From positions 3,552-67,551 of the forward strand of contig DAOSIS010000020.1 in NCBI GenBank assembly GCA_035366835.1: DNA of 64,000 nt, read 5' to 3'. The number at the start of each line of letters is the position of its first letter. Positions within the stretch are counted from its first letter, which is position 1. The stretch is from Syntrophales bacterium. GTDB taxonomy: Bacteria; Desulfobacterota; Syntrophia; Syntrophales; UBA6109. This document shows positions 30,788-40,128 of this stretch, one piece after another. Below the pieces are notes generated by a model. It saw only the letters and a program-made list of their open reading frames with translations. It did no database searches and had not been told where the DNA came from. The position numbers and the translations under genes were made by a program.

Positions 30788-33700
30788 TTGAATCTGCTGC
30801 ATAAGTTTCGATTTGACAGAAGGGATTATGACCTTCTTGCGATGCTTCAGGAGGTCTTGGGCCGGAAAGACGAGCGCAAGAGTCTCAAGAACCTACTGAA
30901 TCCGTACCTGAATGCCCACGGCATCAAGGAAATGGCGGCTTCTCAGAGTTTCCGCATCGCCTACGCCATGGCGAATCTGCTGCAATCGCTGGAAATCGGC
31001 AAGGCGCATGACCGTCTGGGCGCCCTCCGCTCGCTTCGCCATGAAGTCATGAACATCACGCACAGCCCTCTTCGCCACAACACGGCGAGGATTCTTCTCC
31101 AGATCATGAAGGAGCTGATCCGGGAACAGGACGACCACATCAGGCAGCTCGAGCTCGCGCACGATTTCCGCAGCGCCCTGTCCGGGAAGCCGCGTCTGAT
31201 CCGCAGGGAATTGCAGCGATACCACCTGCTGGAAATGCCCGAGGAATGGAATCAGATCGCCTTCGACGACCATGTCCATGACGCCAATACGAAAGGGCGC
31301 AAGACGCCGACACACCTGATCATGGATGCCTGGATCAAGGGGATCCGCAGGCTGACGGTCGTCTACTACCATTACGTACCGAAAGAGGCCGCCTCGGAAC
31401 TCCTGGAGGCGGGGGAAATCATGGGGATCACCATCCGCATCGGTGTCTCCATTCCTTCACGGTTTCGCGGCTCGAGGATCCGCTTCATCTGGGTGCCGCG
31501 GGGGTTTTTCGATGCGCGCGATTTCCTCTCTTTCCTGTCCGATCCGCACGTCGAAGCGTTCATGAACGAGGGGCGGCAGATCTCCGAGGCGCAGAAGAAA
31601 TGCATCCTTGATCTGCTTGCGGAATTCAACCGTACGCACCGCGCCGCCGTCAACGAGGCCTTCGGCATCGAGCTTCCGGCGCTGTCTGAGGACGATTTCC
31701 TGTCCTTTGTCGCAAGCGGTCAGGCTTCCATTCTCCACCTTGCCGAATTCATTCATGCCCGTGTATTTCCGCTGGTGAAGAGCCGCCTGTCGGAGCTTCG
31801 TCTGCGTTTCGCGGAGGCGAAGGAAGACGAGAAGGACGGCATCCGGGGGCTCGTTCTGAGGATGCAGGCCTTCGATTCCGAGGCCGTCGTGGAGGAATAT
31901 CTGCGGCCCGTCCGCAATCCTTCTCTTCCGGATCCGAACTGGCCCTGGAAGGAATCGGATCTCCCGCCGCTGCTGAGGCTTTCACCCGCCGACCTCATCG
32001 AACGGCTTGACCGGCTTCACACCGGTTACAGGGTCTGTCTGAACCTGAGCGGCCTGAGCGTCAACGATGTCCTGGAACTCCTCTACGATTGCCGCGGCAG
32101 GATCACGCACCTCGAGATCTTCAACCTGAAGGATCACGTTGCCGGAAGGGCTCCGGACTACAGCGGGATCGGCAAGCTGCAGGAGGCGCTCAACGAGGGG
32201 AACGTGATCACGCTCAAGAAACTCATCCTGGGCCTCCTGAAAAGTCTGGAGCTTTCAACCTGCCCGGACCGCGACGAGAGAATCGCGAAGATGGCGGAGA
32301 TCCTCCGCAACATTGCGACGCTTCAGTCGTATTACAGCAAGGTCCCCCTCAAGGCGAATGTCGGCAGCGATTCCGCGAGCCGCTCCCCGCACCTGTACGG
32401 CATGGGACTGATCGTCCGCGATACGCTGAAGCGGAAGAATCAGGAAACAATCGCCGCTTCCCTGGGGCCGTCCATCCTCCTGTTGCCCGTTCACATGACG
32501 GTCTGCTACCGGACGACCTGCATTCCCGATGAGGCTGCGGGCTGGATCGGGAAGGCGCTCGGTTTTCTGTCGAAATTCCTGCCCGGGTTGCAGCATCTCG
32601 GTGAAAGGCATCTTCACGATTGGGAAGTTCAGGACAATGCGACGAAGATTTCCGAACAGGGCAACCTGATTCCGCTTGGCGGCGTGCAGGAGCACGTGGA
32701 CCAGGGACTCCGCCTGGAAGAGAAGGAAAACCGTTCAAAGGAGGAGTGGATCTGGAGATACATGAACACGGGCGTCAGGAACGCCGTGAAGGTGATCGTC
32801 GGATTCGTCCCGGCGTTTCTGACGTTTGCGCTGACAAAGGACTGGTGGCTTCTTGCCTACGGCGGGGCGTTCATCTGGTTCGGCATCACCGGGCTGCGCA
32901 ATATCCTGCAGTCGGTTCTGGGCGGCGGCGGTTTTCTGCGGTCGCCGCTGCTGCGGTGGAACGATTACGTGAGCTGGGGCAGGCTGACCGATTCCCTTCT
33001 CTTCACGGGTTTTTCGGTTCCCCTGCTCGATTATATCGTCAAGACGGTTCTCCTTGAAAGGGGGCTGGGGATCACGACGGCGACGAGCCCCACGGCATTG
33101 TACACGGTGATGGCCCTGGCCAACGGTCTGTACCTTTCCGGTCACAATGCCTTCCGCGGGCTGCCGAAGGGGGCGATTTTCGGAAACTTCTTCCGCAGCG
33201 TCCTCTCGATCCCGCTCGCCGTCGTCTTTAACGGAGCAGTCGCTCTTGTCTTGCAGGGCGCACAGGTTCCCGCCGTGAACGACGTCCTCCAGAAGTGGGC
33301 AGCCATCATCTCGAAGGCGGCTTCCGACTGCGTCGCCGGCATGATCGAGGGATTCGCCGACCGCTATGAAAACATCCGCATGAGGACGATGGATTATGCG
33401 GTCAAGATCCGGGAACTCTTCGGCATCTACGCCCGCCTGGAAGTGCTTTTCCCGCAGACGGACGTCCTGGACCTGCTGGGGTCGCCGGGGCGGTTTCTCC
33501 AGGCGGTCAAAGCGGAAGCCCAGGACGTGGTCTGGATCAGCATCATCAACGCCCTCGATCTTCTGTATTTCTGGATGTACCAACCCCGGGCGCGCAGCGT
33601 GCTGAAATCCAGCGTCAGGAAAATGTCGGAGGAGGAGCGAAAGATCTTCTTCCGCTCGCAGCTGATCCTTCAGCGGGACCGCGAAATCAGCCAGTTGTTT

Positions 33701-33805
33701 CTGGACGGCATCATCGGAAAGAATTTCTCCCGCGGGCTGTCCTTCTATCTGGATCACCACAAGGCATATCTCGAGAACCTGAAGAAGCTGTGCACCGTCG
33801 CGTGA
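30788..33805 (+). CDS. Large uncharacterised membrane protein (about 1005 aa)
   Basis: The long ORF has a soluble N-terminal region of about 700 aa and at least 5 hydrophobic helices. Examples are VIVGFVPAFLTFALT, WWLLAYGGAFIWFGITGL and FFRSVLSIPLAVVFNGAVALVL. A helical tail follows. TTG 30788 lies 10 nt after AAGGAG, with alternative ATGs at 30653 and 30713. I recognise no catalytic motif. Confidence 0.8.
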   Translation: MNLLHKFRFDRRDYDLLAMLQEVLGRKDERKSLKNLLNPYLNAHGIKEMAASQSFRIAYAMANLLQSLEIGKAHDRLGALRSLRHEVMNITHSPLRHNTARILLQIMKELIREQDDHIRQLELAHDFRSALSGKPRLIRRELQRYHLLEMPEEWNQIAFDDHVHDANTKGRKTPTHLIMDAWIKGIRRLTVVYYHYVPKEAASELLEAGEIMGITIRIGVSIPSRFRGSRIRFIWVPRGFFDARDFLSFLSDPHVEAFMNEGRQISEAQKKCILDLLAEFNRTHRAAVNEAFGIELPALSEDDFLSFVASGQASILHLAEFIHARVFPLVKSRLSELRLRFAEAKEDEKDGIRGLVLRMQAFDSEAVVEEYLRPVRNPSLPDPNWPWKESDLPPLLRLSPADLIERLDRLHTGYRVCLNLSGLSVNDVLELLYDCRGRITHLEIFNLKDHVAGRAPDYSGIGKLQEALNEGNVITLKKLILGLLKSLELSTCPDRDERIAKMAEILRNIATLQSYYSKVPLKANVGSDSASRSPHLYGMGLIVRDTLKRKNQETIAASLGPSILLLPVHMTVCYRTTCIPDEAAGWIGKALGFLSKFLPGLQHLGERHLHDWEVQDNATKISEQGNLIPLGGVQEHVDQGLRLEEKENRSKEEWIWRYMNTGVRNAVKVIVGFVPAFLTFALTKDWWLLAYGGAFIWFGITGLRNILQSVLGGGGFLRSPLLRWNDYVSWGRLTDSLLFTGFSVPLLDYIVKTVLLERGLGITTATSPTALYTVMALANGLYLSGHNAFRGLPKGAIFGNFFRSVLSIPLAVVFNGAVALVLQGAQVPAVNDVLQKWAAIISKAASDCVAGMIEGFADRYENIRMRTMDYAVKIRELFGIYARLEVLFPQTDVLDLLGSPGRFLQAVKAEAQDVVWISIINALDLLYFWMYQPRARSVLKSSVRKMSEEERKIFFRSQLILQRDREISQLFLDGIIGKNFSRGLSFYLDHHKAYLENLKKLCTVA

Positions 33806-33917
33806 CGGGACGGCGCGTCACGTTTCCTTCAGCGCGCGGAATTCTTCCCCCATCGGTGGAACGGAGGCGGATGGCCAGACCACGGGCCAGGCGGGCGAAG
33901 AGCGTTCGGCAGCGGAG

Positions 33918-34520
33918 TCAAGAGACCTCGACGTCCAGCTGCTGCCGGATCGAGGAATAAACCTGGAGGCGGTCGTCCCCGGCGATTTTCCGCTCGATCT
34001 CGCCAGGCGCGAAGGGAAGCCCGAGGAAGATCCGCGATTCCATCTCCCGCGCTTTTTCCGCGAGCATGAGAATGCGGCTGCGCCATGGTTCCTCGGTGCC
34101 GTAGTGTTCCAGCAGATAGACGATGCGCTCTTCCAGCGGCACGATGCGGTCGTGGACGACGCGTTTGTCCGCATAGTTGACGATTTCCGCCTCGGAGACG
34201 GTCTCGGAGGCGAAGTACGCCTCGAGGCGGACGTGCTGGCCGATGACGCCGGCGACATCGGGATAGCCCAGCTCCGCGAGATAGACCCCTCCCGAACGTG
34301 CGTGATCCTCACCCGTCTGAAAGCTTCTGGCCTTGGTGATGTCGTGCAGCAGGGCGGAGGCCTCGACGAGGCCGAGGTGGAGGGCTCCGTTGACGGCGGC
34401 GCGGCTCTTTGCGAGGAGCACGGCGATCCGGCAGACCTGGAAGGAATGGGCGACGATGTGATCGGGCATCGACATGCCGATCATGATGCGATAGCACTCC
34501 TCGCGGGAAGGGACGTTCAT
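33918..34520 (-). CDS. HD-domain (HDIG-type) metal-dependent phosphohydrolase
   Basis: HIVAHSFQV...ASALLHDITK...HARSGG...GQHV supplies the H..HD..H..H ligands. It is the last gene of the minus-strand operon and overlaps the fba stop. Confidence 0.85.
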   Translation of the reverse strand: MNVPSREECYRIMIGMSMPDHIVAHSFQVCRIAVLLAKSRAAVNGALHLGLVEASALLHDITKARSFQTGEDHARSGGVYLAELGYPDVAGVIGQHVRLEAYFASETVSEAEIVNYADKRVVHDRIVPLEERIVYLLEHYGTEEPWRSRILMLAEKAREMESRIFLGLPFAPGEIERKIAGDDRLQVYSSIRQQLDVEVS

Positions 34521-35524
34521 CGTTTTTCCGAGGTCATGATCCCGGGGGCCTTTCCGGCGCTTCCCAGGACGCGGCGGTTCTTGTCGATATACATGGCCTT
34601 GAGGGCCTCCCGCGCCGGACCGAGGTACTTGCGGGGGTCGAACTCCTCCGGCTTCTTCGCGAAGACCTCGCGGATGCTGGCCGTCATCTCGAGCCTGCCG
34701 TCGGAATCGATGTTGATCTTGCAGACGGCGGACGCGGCTGCCGTCCGCAACTGCTCTTCAGGGATGCCCACGGAATCCTTCAGCCGGCCGCCGAAGCGGT
34801 TGATCCGTTCCACCGTCTCGTGCGGAACGGAGGAGGACCCGTGCAGGACGATGGGGAATCCCGGGAGGCGCCGTTCGATTTCCCGGAGGATGTCCAGGCG
34901 GATCTCGGGTTTCTGGCCGGCCTTGAATTTGTACGCCCCGTGGGATGTGCCGATGGCGATGGCGAGCGAATCGACCCCCGTCTTGGCCACGAAATCCTGG
35001 ACCTCCTCGGGTTTGGTGTACCTGTGCTGCTCGGCCTTGACGTCGTCCTCTACGCCCGCGAGCACGCCCAGTTCCCCTTCCACGGTGACGTCGTGGCGGT
35101 GGGCGAATTCGACGACCTTCCCGGTCAGCGCCACATTGTCCTCGTAGGGATGCCGGGAGCCGTCGATCATGACGGAGGAAAAACCGCTCTCGACGCAGGA
35201 GACGCACAAGTCATAGGAATCCCCGTGATCCAGATGGAGGACGATGGGGATTTCGCCGATCTTCATTTCGCGGGCCCTGCATCGCATCATCGCCACGGCG
35301 CCCTGGCCGAGGTACTGCAGGAGCGTCCGGTCGGCGTAATCCCTCGCCCCCTTGGAGACCTGAAGGATCACGGGCGACTGGGTCTCCAGGCAGGCCATGA
35401 CGATCGCCTGGAGCTGCTCCATGTTGTTGAAATTGTATGCCGGCACGGCGAAGCCGCCCGTGAGGGCGGCAGCGAACATGGCCCTGCTGTTTACGAAACC
35501 GAGGCTGCGGTAGCTGACGGGCAT
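34517..35524 (-). CDS. fba: Class II fructose-bisphosphate aldolase
   Basis: GFAVPAYNFNNMEQLQAIV, IVLHLDHG, EGELG, GTSHGAYKF and VLHGSSSVP are class II aldolase motifs. Confidence 0.93.
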   Translation of the reverse strand: MPVSYRSLGFVNSRAMFAAALTGGFAVPAYNFNNMEQLQAIVMACLETQSPVILQVSKGARDYADRTLLQYLGQGAVAMMRCRAREMKIGEIPIVLHLDHGDSYDLCVSCVESGFSSVMIDGSRHPYEDNVALTGKVVEFAHRHDVTVEGELGVLAGVEDDVKAEQHRYTKPEEVQDFVAKTGVDSLAIAIGTSHGAYKFKAGQKPEIRLDILREIERRLPGFPIVLHGSSSVPHETVERINRFGGRLKDSVGIPEEQLRTAAASAVCKINIDSDGRLEMTASIREVFAKKPEEFDPRKYLGPAREALKAMYIDKNRRVLGSAGKAPGIMTSEKR

Positions 35525-35540
35525 GGGAATGACCTCCCTG

Positions 35541-36905
35541 TTATCTGCAGTCCGCGTGTCTTTTCATGGTCGCGGCAAGGGCGTCTTCGATCTCCCTGCG
35601 GATCGCGGCCAGGCGTTCGGGGCTTCGGGCTTCGAAGCGCAGGACCAGGACCGGCTGCGTATTGGACGGGCGCAGCAGTCCCCATCCGTCGCCGAAGGGG
35701 ACTCGGACTCCGTCGATGTCGATGATGGGGTACTTCGGACGGAAGAAGCTTTTCACTTCTTCAACGACTTGAAACTTGATGCTGTCGTGGCAGGAGACGC
35801 GGATCTCCGGCGTGGTGAAGGTTATGGGAACGTCGGCAAGAATCTCGCTCAGCTTCTGGCCGGAGAGCGAGAGGATTTCGAGGAGCCGGATGGCGGAGTA
35901 GATCGCGTCATCGAATCCGAAATACCGGTCCGCAAAGAACAGGTGGCCGCTCATTTCGCCGGCGAGCAGAGCCTTTTCCTCCTTCATCTTCCCTTTGATG
36001 AGCGAATGGCCCGCCTTCCACATGATGGGGCGCCCGCCGTGGCGGGCGATGTCGTCGTAGAGGTTCTGCGAGCACTTCACCTCGCCGATGATCGCCGCGC
36101 CGGGGTTTTCCTTGAGGATGAAACGGGAGAAGAGGAGGAGGATTTCGTCCCCCCAGAGGATGTCGCCCTTGTCCGTGATGACGCCGAGGCGGTCCGCGTC
36201 GCCGTCGAAGGCTAGGCCGGCGTCTGTTCCCTTGTCCCGGACGACGGCAATCAGCTCCTCGAGGTTGGCGGGCACGGTCGGATCGGGGAAATGATTCGGA
36301 AAGCGTCCGTCGGGCTCGCAGTGGATTTCGGCGATCCGGCATCCGAAGCGTCGGAAAATGGGAAGGGAGTACAGGCCGCCCACGCCGTTGCCGGCGTCGA
36401 CGGCGATGCTCAGCCCGGGCCGGACGCGCACGTTGTGAAAGAGGTAGTCCTGATAGGCTTGGACGATGTCCTCCGTGGTGGAGGACCCCGACCCGTCACG
36501 GTAAGCGCCCGCCTGCATGATCCGGTAGAGTTCCTGGATATCGTTCCCATGGATCGTATCGGGGCCGACGCAGATCTTGAAACCGTTGAACTCGGGGGGG
36601 TTGTGGCTGCCGGTTACCATGACGCCGCCGTCGGCACCGAGGTGGCGGATCGAGAAATAGAGCATGGGGGTCGCGCAGAGGCCGATATCGACAACCTGCA
36701 TCCCCGCCGAGATGAGCCCCTCCCGGATCGCTGCGGCATAGGATTCCGAACTGAGGCGGCAGTCGCGGCCGAGCGTCATGGTCTTCGCGGCGCGTGCGGC
36801 CGCGAACGTGCCGATGGCCCTGCCGAGAGCGATGACGAATTCGGTCGTCAGGTCCTTGCCGACAATGCCGCGGACGTCGTATTCGCGAAATACTTCCGGA
36901 TTCAT
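35541..36905 (-). CDS. Phosphomannomutase/phosphoglucomutase
   Basis: FREYDVRG, GVMVTGSHNPPEFNGFK (active-site Ser), FDGDADR and GEMSGH are PMM/PGM motifs. ATG 36905 overlaps the upstream gene stop. Confidence 0.93.
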   Translation of the reverse strand: MNPEVFREYDVRGIVGKDLTTEFVIALGRAIGTFAAARAAKTMTLGRDCRLSSESYAAAIREGLISAGMQVVDIGLCATPMLYFSIRHLGADGGVMVTGSHNPPEFNGFKICVGPDTIHGNDIQELYRIMQAGAYRDGSGSSTTEDIVQAYQDYLFHNVRVRPGLSIAVDAGNGVGGLYSLPIFRRFGCRIAEIHCEPDGRFPNHFPDPTVPANLEELIAVVRDKGTDAGLAFDGDADRLGVITDKGDILWGDEILLLFSRFILKENPGAAIIGEVKCSQNLYDDIARHGGRPIMWKAGHSLIKGKMKEEKALLAGEMSGHLFFADRYFGFDDAIYSAIRLLEILSLSGQKLSEILADVPITFTTPEIRVSCHDSIKFQVVEEVKSFFRPKYPIIDIDGVRVPFGDGWGLLRPSNTQPVLVLRFEARSPERLAAIRREIEDALAATMKRHADCR

Positions 36906-37969
36906 GACGGGGCTTTCCTTTCCGAAGGGAGACGAAACCCGAATTCCTTCAGCTGGACGTGCGTATTGATCAACTGTTCGATCAGGGCGATCTTGTCCGC
37001 ATCGTCCTTGGTGGGCAGGGATTCCATGAGATCGATCTGCTTGGCGACGGCGTACGTGTCCGACGAGACGAGCAGCAGCGGGATCTCGAGTTTCGAGGCC
37101 TTGGCGATCAGGTTCGCAGGCGGCATGATGTTGTTGGTGAGGATGACGGCGGACGCGTTGCTGCCGAGGGCGGCCACGATCATGTCGCTGCGGTCCCCGC
37201 TCGTGATCACGACCTTGTGCTCTTCCTGGAAGAGGGGGTTCTTCAGGGCCGAACTGGCGGACATGGAGCCGATGAAGATGGCCTTGACCTGCCGGCAAAG
37301 CTGGGATTCGCCCGTGATGATCTTCGCGAACAGGCGGTCGGCGAGATAGCTCACGGTGAAGAGCGGAAGTTCGGCGTCGTAAGGGATGATTCCCAGGACG
37401 TTGACGCCCAGTTCCCTGATCTTCGGAAGGCGTGTCTCGGCGAATTCCGACGCATTGGGCACTTTGTTGACGACGACGCCCCGGAAACGTACCGGGTCGA
37501 GGCGGATCCGGCGCTTGAGAAAGATGACGTCGTCGAGGATCTGGTCCTCGTCGCCCGACACCACGACGACCAGATCTGCGTCGGCGTACTGCGCCAGGGA
37601 AAGGGCGTCGAGGTGAACGGCGCTTCCGTACTGGATATCGCGGCCCGCCTCGATGAAGAAGAGGTCCTTCTCCTTGCCCAGCGTCCCCACCAGATCCGTG
37701 ATCTTCGACCGGGTCGCCTCTTCGTCCAGCATGAAGAGGAGTTTCGCGTGGTGGAAGCCGATGCTCATGTCCTCGGGGTTTTCATCGAGCCCGAAGATGT
37801 TCGTGACGAGGGCGGCGTCGTAGTCCCAGAGCCTCTTCTTGCGGTACAGGAAGCGCTCGCCGAAAGGCTTGATATAGCCGATCCTGCCACCCAGGGCTTT
37901 TGCAAGCCCGATGATGAGGCTCGTTTTCCCGGCGCTGGGCCGCGTCGACGTAACCACAATTCTGTTCAT
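36902..37969 (-). CDS. Stand-alone Pta N-terminal-like module (BioD-like P-loop fold plus DRTGG domain), with no PTA catalytic domain
   Basis: MNRIVVTSTRPSAGKTSLIIGLAKAL resembles the N-terminus of long Pta proteins. VITSGDRSDMIVAAL is a DRTGG-type motif. At 355 aa the protein is too short to include a phosphotransacetylase domain. Confidence 0.82.
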   Translation of the reverse strand: MNRIVVTSTRPSAGKTSLIIGLAKALGGRIGYIKPFGERFLYRKKRLWDYDAALVTNIFGLDENPEDMSIGFHHAKLLFMLDEEATRSKITDLVGTLGKEKDLFFIEAGRDIQYGSAVHLDALSLAQYADADLVVVVSGDEDQILDDVIFLKRRIRLDPVRFRGVVVNKVPNASEFAETRLPKIRELGVNVLGIIPYDAELPLFTVSYLADRLFAKIITGESQLCRQVKAIFIGSMSASSALKNPLFQEEHKVVITSGDRSDMIVAALGSNASAVILTNNIMPPANLIAKASKLEIPLLLVSSDTYAVAKQIDLMESLPTKDDADKIALIEQLINTHVQLKEFGFRLPSERKAPS

Positions 37970-38001
37970 GGATGTTCACCTCCGATTCCCGTCCGCCCGT
38001 T

Positions 38002-40128
38002 TCAAGTCTTGGAAAGAAGGATACGCACATCGACTGCGTTGGCGCCCATTCCCTGTTCATAGAGGACCAGGGGGTTGATCTCGATGTCCGATATGCCCTT
38101 GCACCTGCGGATGATGGCGCCGATCTTCACGATCGCCTCCACAAGCTTGTTGATGTCCTTCATCTCTTCGCCGCGGACGCCCAGAAGCAGCGGGTAAGAG
38201 CGGATCTCCTTGATCATGGTGAGGATTTCCTTCCGGTCCAGGGGAAGGGACCGGAAAGAGACGTCCTTCATCACCTCGACGTAGATCCCGCCCAGTCCCA
38301 CCATCACCGTGGGGCCGAAGATGGCGTCCCGGCGCGCGCCGACGATCATCTCGACACCCGGATGGACCATCTCCGAAATCGCCACGCCCTCGATCACGGC
38401 GTGGGGGACGTGCTCCCGGCAGTTCCGCATGACCGCTTCGTAGGCATCGATGACCTCATCGCGCGATTCGAGGTCCAGGGCGATGCCGCCGACGTCACTC
38501 TTGTGGACGATGTCCTTGGAGACGACTTTCAGCGCGACGGGGTAGCCGATCCAGTCGGCCGCTTTCACGGCCGCTTCGAGCGTGCCCGTCTTGATCGTCC
38601 TGGGAGTCGGCAGGCCGGCGATCTCCATGATCCGCTGGGACTCGTGGGCGAGGAGAAAATGGCGCTTGTCCGCGGCGGCATTGCGAACGACTTCTTCGAT
38701 CGCCGCGAAATTCATGTCGACGTCGGCGTCTTCGTCCGGGCTATCCGCGAGGTAGCGGCCGTAGCGGTAGACCGCGCCCAGCGTGGAGATCGCATCGTAG
38801 ACGTCGTCCGTGACGGGGATGCCCCGTCGGCGGGCGTCCATCTCGTATGCGGACGTCTTTTCACCGCCGAAGAGGGAAAAGATGATGAGCTTGCCGTTCC
38901 GGCGGTAGCGCTGAAAATTGCTTTCGGCCAACTCCTGCAGGTGATCGGCGGGGACGATCGCGGTTTCGCAGTAGATGCCCACAACGGTGTGGATGTTCTC
39001 GGACTGCAGGGCTGCGTCGAAAGCCTTCGTGTAGTCCTGCGGCGACGCATTTCCGGTGACGTCGATCGGATTCTTCGCGGAGCCGAAGGAGGGAATCACG
39101 GGGCCGAAGGTCCGCTTCAGGTCCGCGGCGTCGTCGTAGAGGGGCACGGAATATTTTTCGCAGGCATCGGTCGCCATGACGCCGGCACCTCCACCGTTCG
39201 TGATGATGACGGTGTTTTCGCCGCGGGGGAGGGGATTGTTCGTCATGAACTTGCACCAATTGAAGGCCTCTTTGGTGCTTTCGGCCCGCAGGGCCCCGCA
39301 TTGTCGGGCGATGGCGTCGAAGAGATCGTCGGAGCCGGCGAGCGAGCCGGTATGGGAAGCCGCCGCCATTGCGCCCCGGTGGGACCTTCCGGACTTGATG
39401 ACCACGACCGGCTTGGCCCGGGTGGTGTTCTTGAGGGCCGAGATGAATTTCTCGCCGTTGCGGATCCCCTCGATATACATGAGCACCATGTGCGTGTCGT
39501 CGTGGCGCTGCAGGTATTCCAGGAGATCCGATTCGTCGATGTCCGACTTGTTGCCGACGGATACGATGGCCGAAAGGCCGATGCGTTCGACGGAGGCCTG
39601 GCCGACGAGGGTGAGTCCCAGGGCGCCGCTCTGCGTGATCATGGCCATGTGCCCGCGAGGGATGTCTCCGGAGACAAAGGTTGCGTTGAGATCCGAGGAG
39701 GAGGAATAGATTCCGAAGACGTTCGGACCCAGGATACGCATGCCGTGTTCGTTTGCGTAATCGACGATCTTCCGCTCCTCATCGAGGTTGCCGATTTCCG
39801 AGAAGCCGGCCGAAATGAGGACGGCGTTCTTCACGTTCTTCCGGCACAGGTCCCGGACGGCCGAAAAAACGAGATGGGACGGAATCGTCACGACGGCGAC
39901 GTCGATGACGCCGTCCACCTCTTCAAGCGAGCGGTGGACGGGAATGCCCTCGATTTCGCCGCCGGCGGGATTGATCGGATGGATCCGGCCGCGATATCCG
40001 CCGGAGAGGATATTTTTCAGAACAGCATGACCGATTTTTCCCCGCTCCCGCGAGGCGCCTACGACCGCAACGGAACGGGGCTCGAAGAGAAGCCGTATCC
40101 GTTCATCGAGATTTCTTGCTTTCATCAT
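38002..40128 (-). CDS. ADP-forming acyl/acetyl-CoA synthetase family protein (alpha+beta fusion)
   Basis: The CoA-binding N-terminus is PRSVAVVGASRERGKIGHAVLKNIL. AASHTGSLAGSD matches the phosphohistidine-loop consensus as I recall it. The C-terminal half is ATP-grasp. Confidence 0.9.
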   Translation of the reverse strand: MMKARNLDERIRLLFEPRSVAVVGASRERGKIGHAVLKNILSGGYRGRIHPINPAGGEIEGIPVHRSLEEVDGVIDVAVVTIPSHLVFSAVRDLCRKNVKNAVLISAGFSEIGNLDEERKIVDYANEHGMRILGPNVFGIYSSSSDLNATFVSGDIPRGHMAMITQSGALGLTLVGQASVERIGLSAIVSVGNKSDIDESDLLEYLQRHDDTHMVLMYIEGIRNGEKFISALKNTTRAKPVVVIKSGRSHRGAMAAASHTGSLAGSDDLFDAIARQCGALRAESTKEAFNWCKFMTNNPLPRGENTVIITNGGGAGVMATDACEKYSVPLYDDAADLKRTFGPVIPSFGSAKNPIDVTGNASPQDYTKAFDAALQSENIHTVVGIYCETAIVPADHLQELAESNFQRYRRNGKLIIFSLFGGEKTSAYEMDARRRGIPVTDDVYDAISTLGAVYRYGRYLADSPDEDADVDMNFAAIEEVVRNAAADKRHFLLAHESQRIMEIAGLPTPRTIKTGTLEAAVKAADWIGYPVALKVVSKDIVHKSDVGGIALDLESRDEVIDAYEAVMRNCREHVPHAVIEGVAISEMVHPGVEMIVGARRDAIFGPTVMVGLGGIYVEVMKDVSFRSLPLDRKEILTMIKEIRSYPLLLGVRGEEMKDINKLVEAIVKIGAIIRRCKGISDIEINPLVLYEQGMGANAVDVRILLSKT

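Noticed and set aside
33806-33917. A candidate bidirectional terminator between the convergent large membrane protein and HD genes (GTGACG-N8-CGTCAC).
   Set aside because: The stem is only 6 bp and has no flanking T or A tracts, which is too weak to call.
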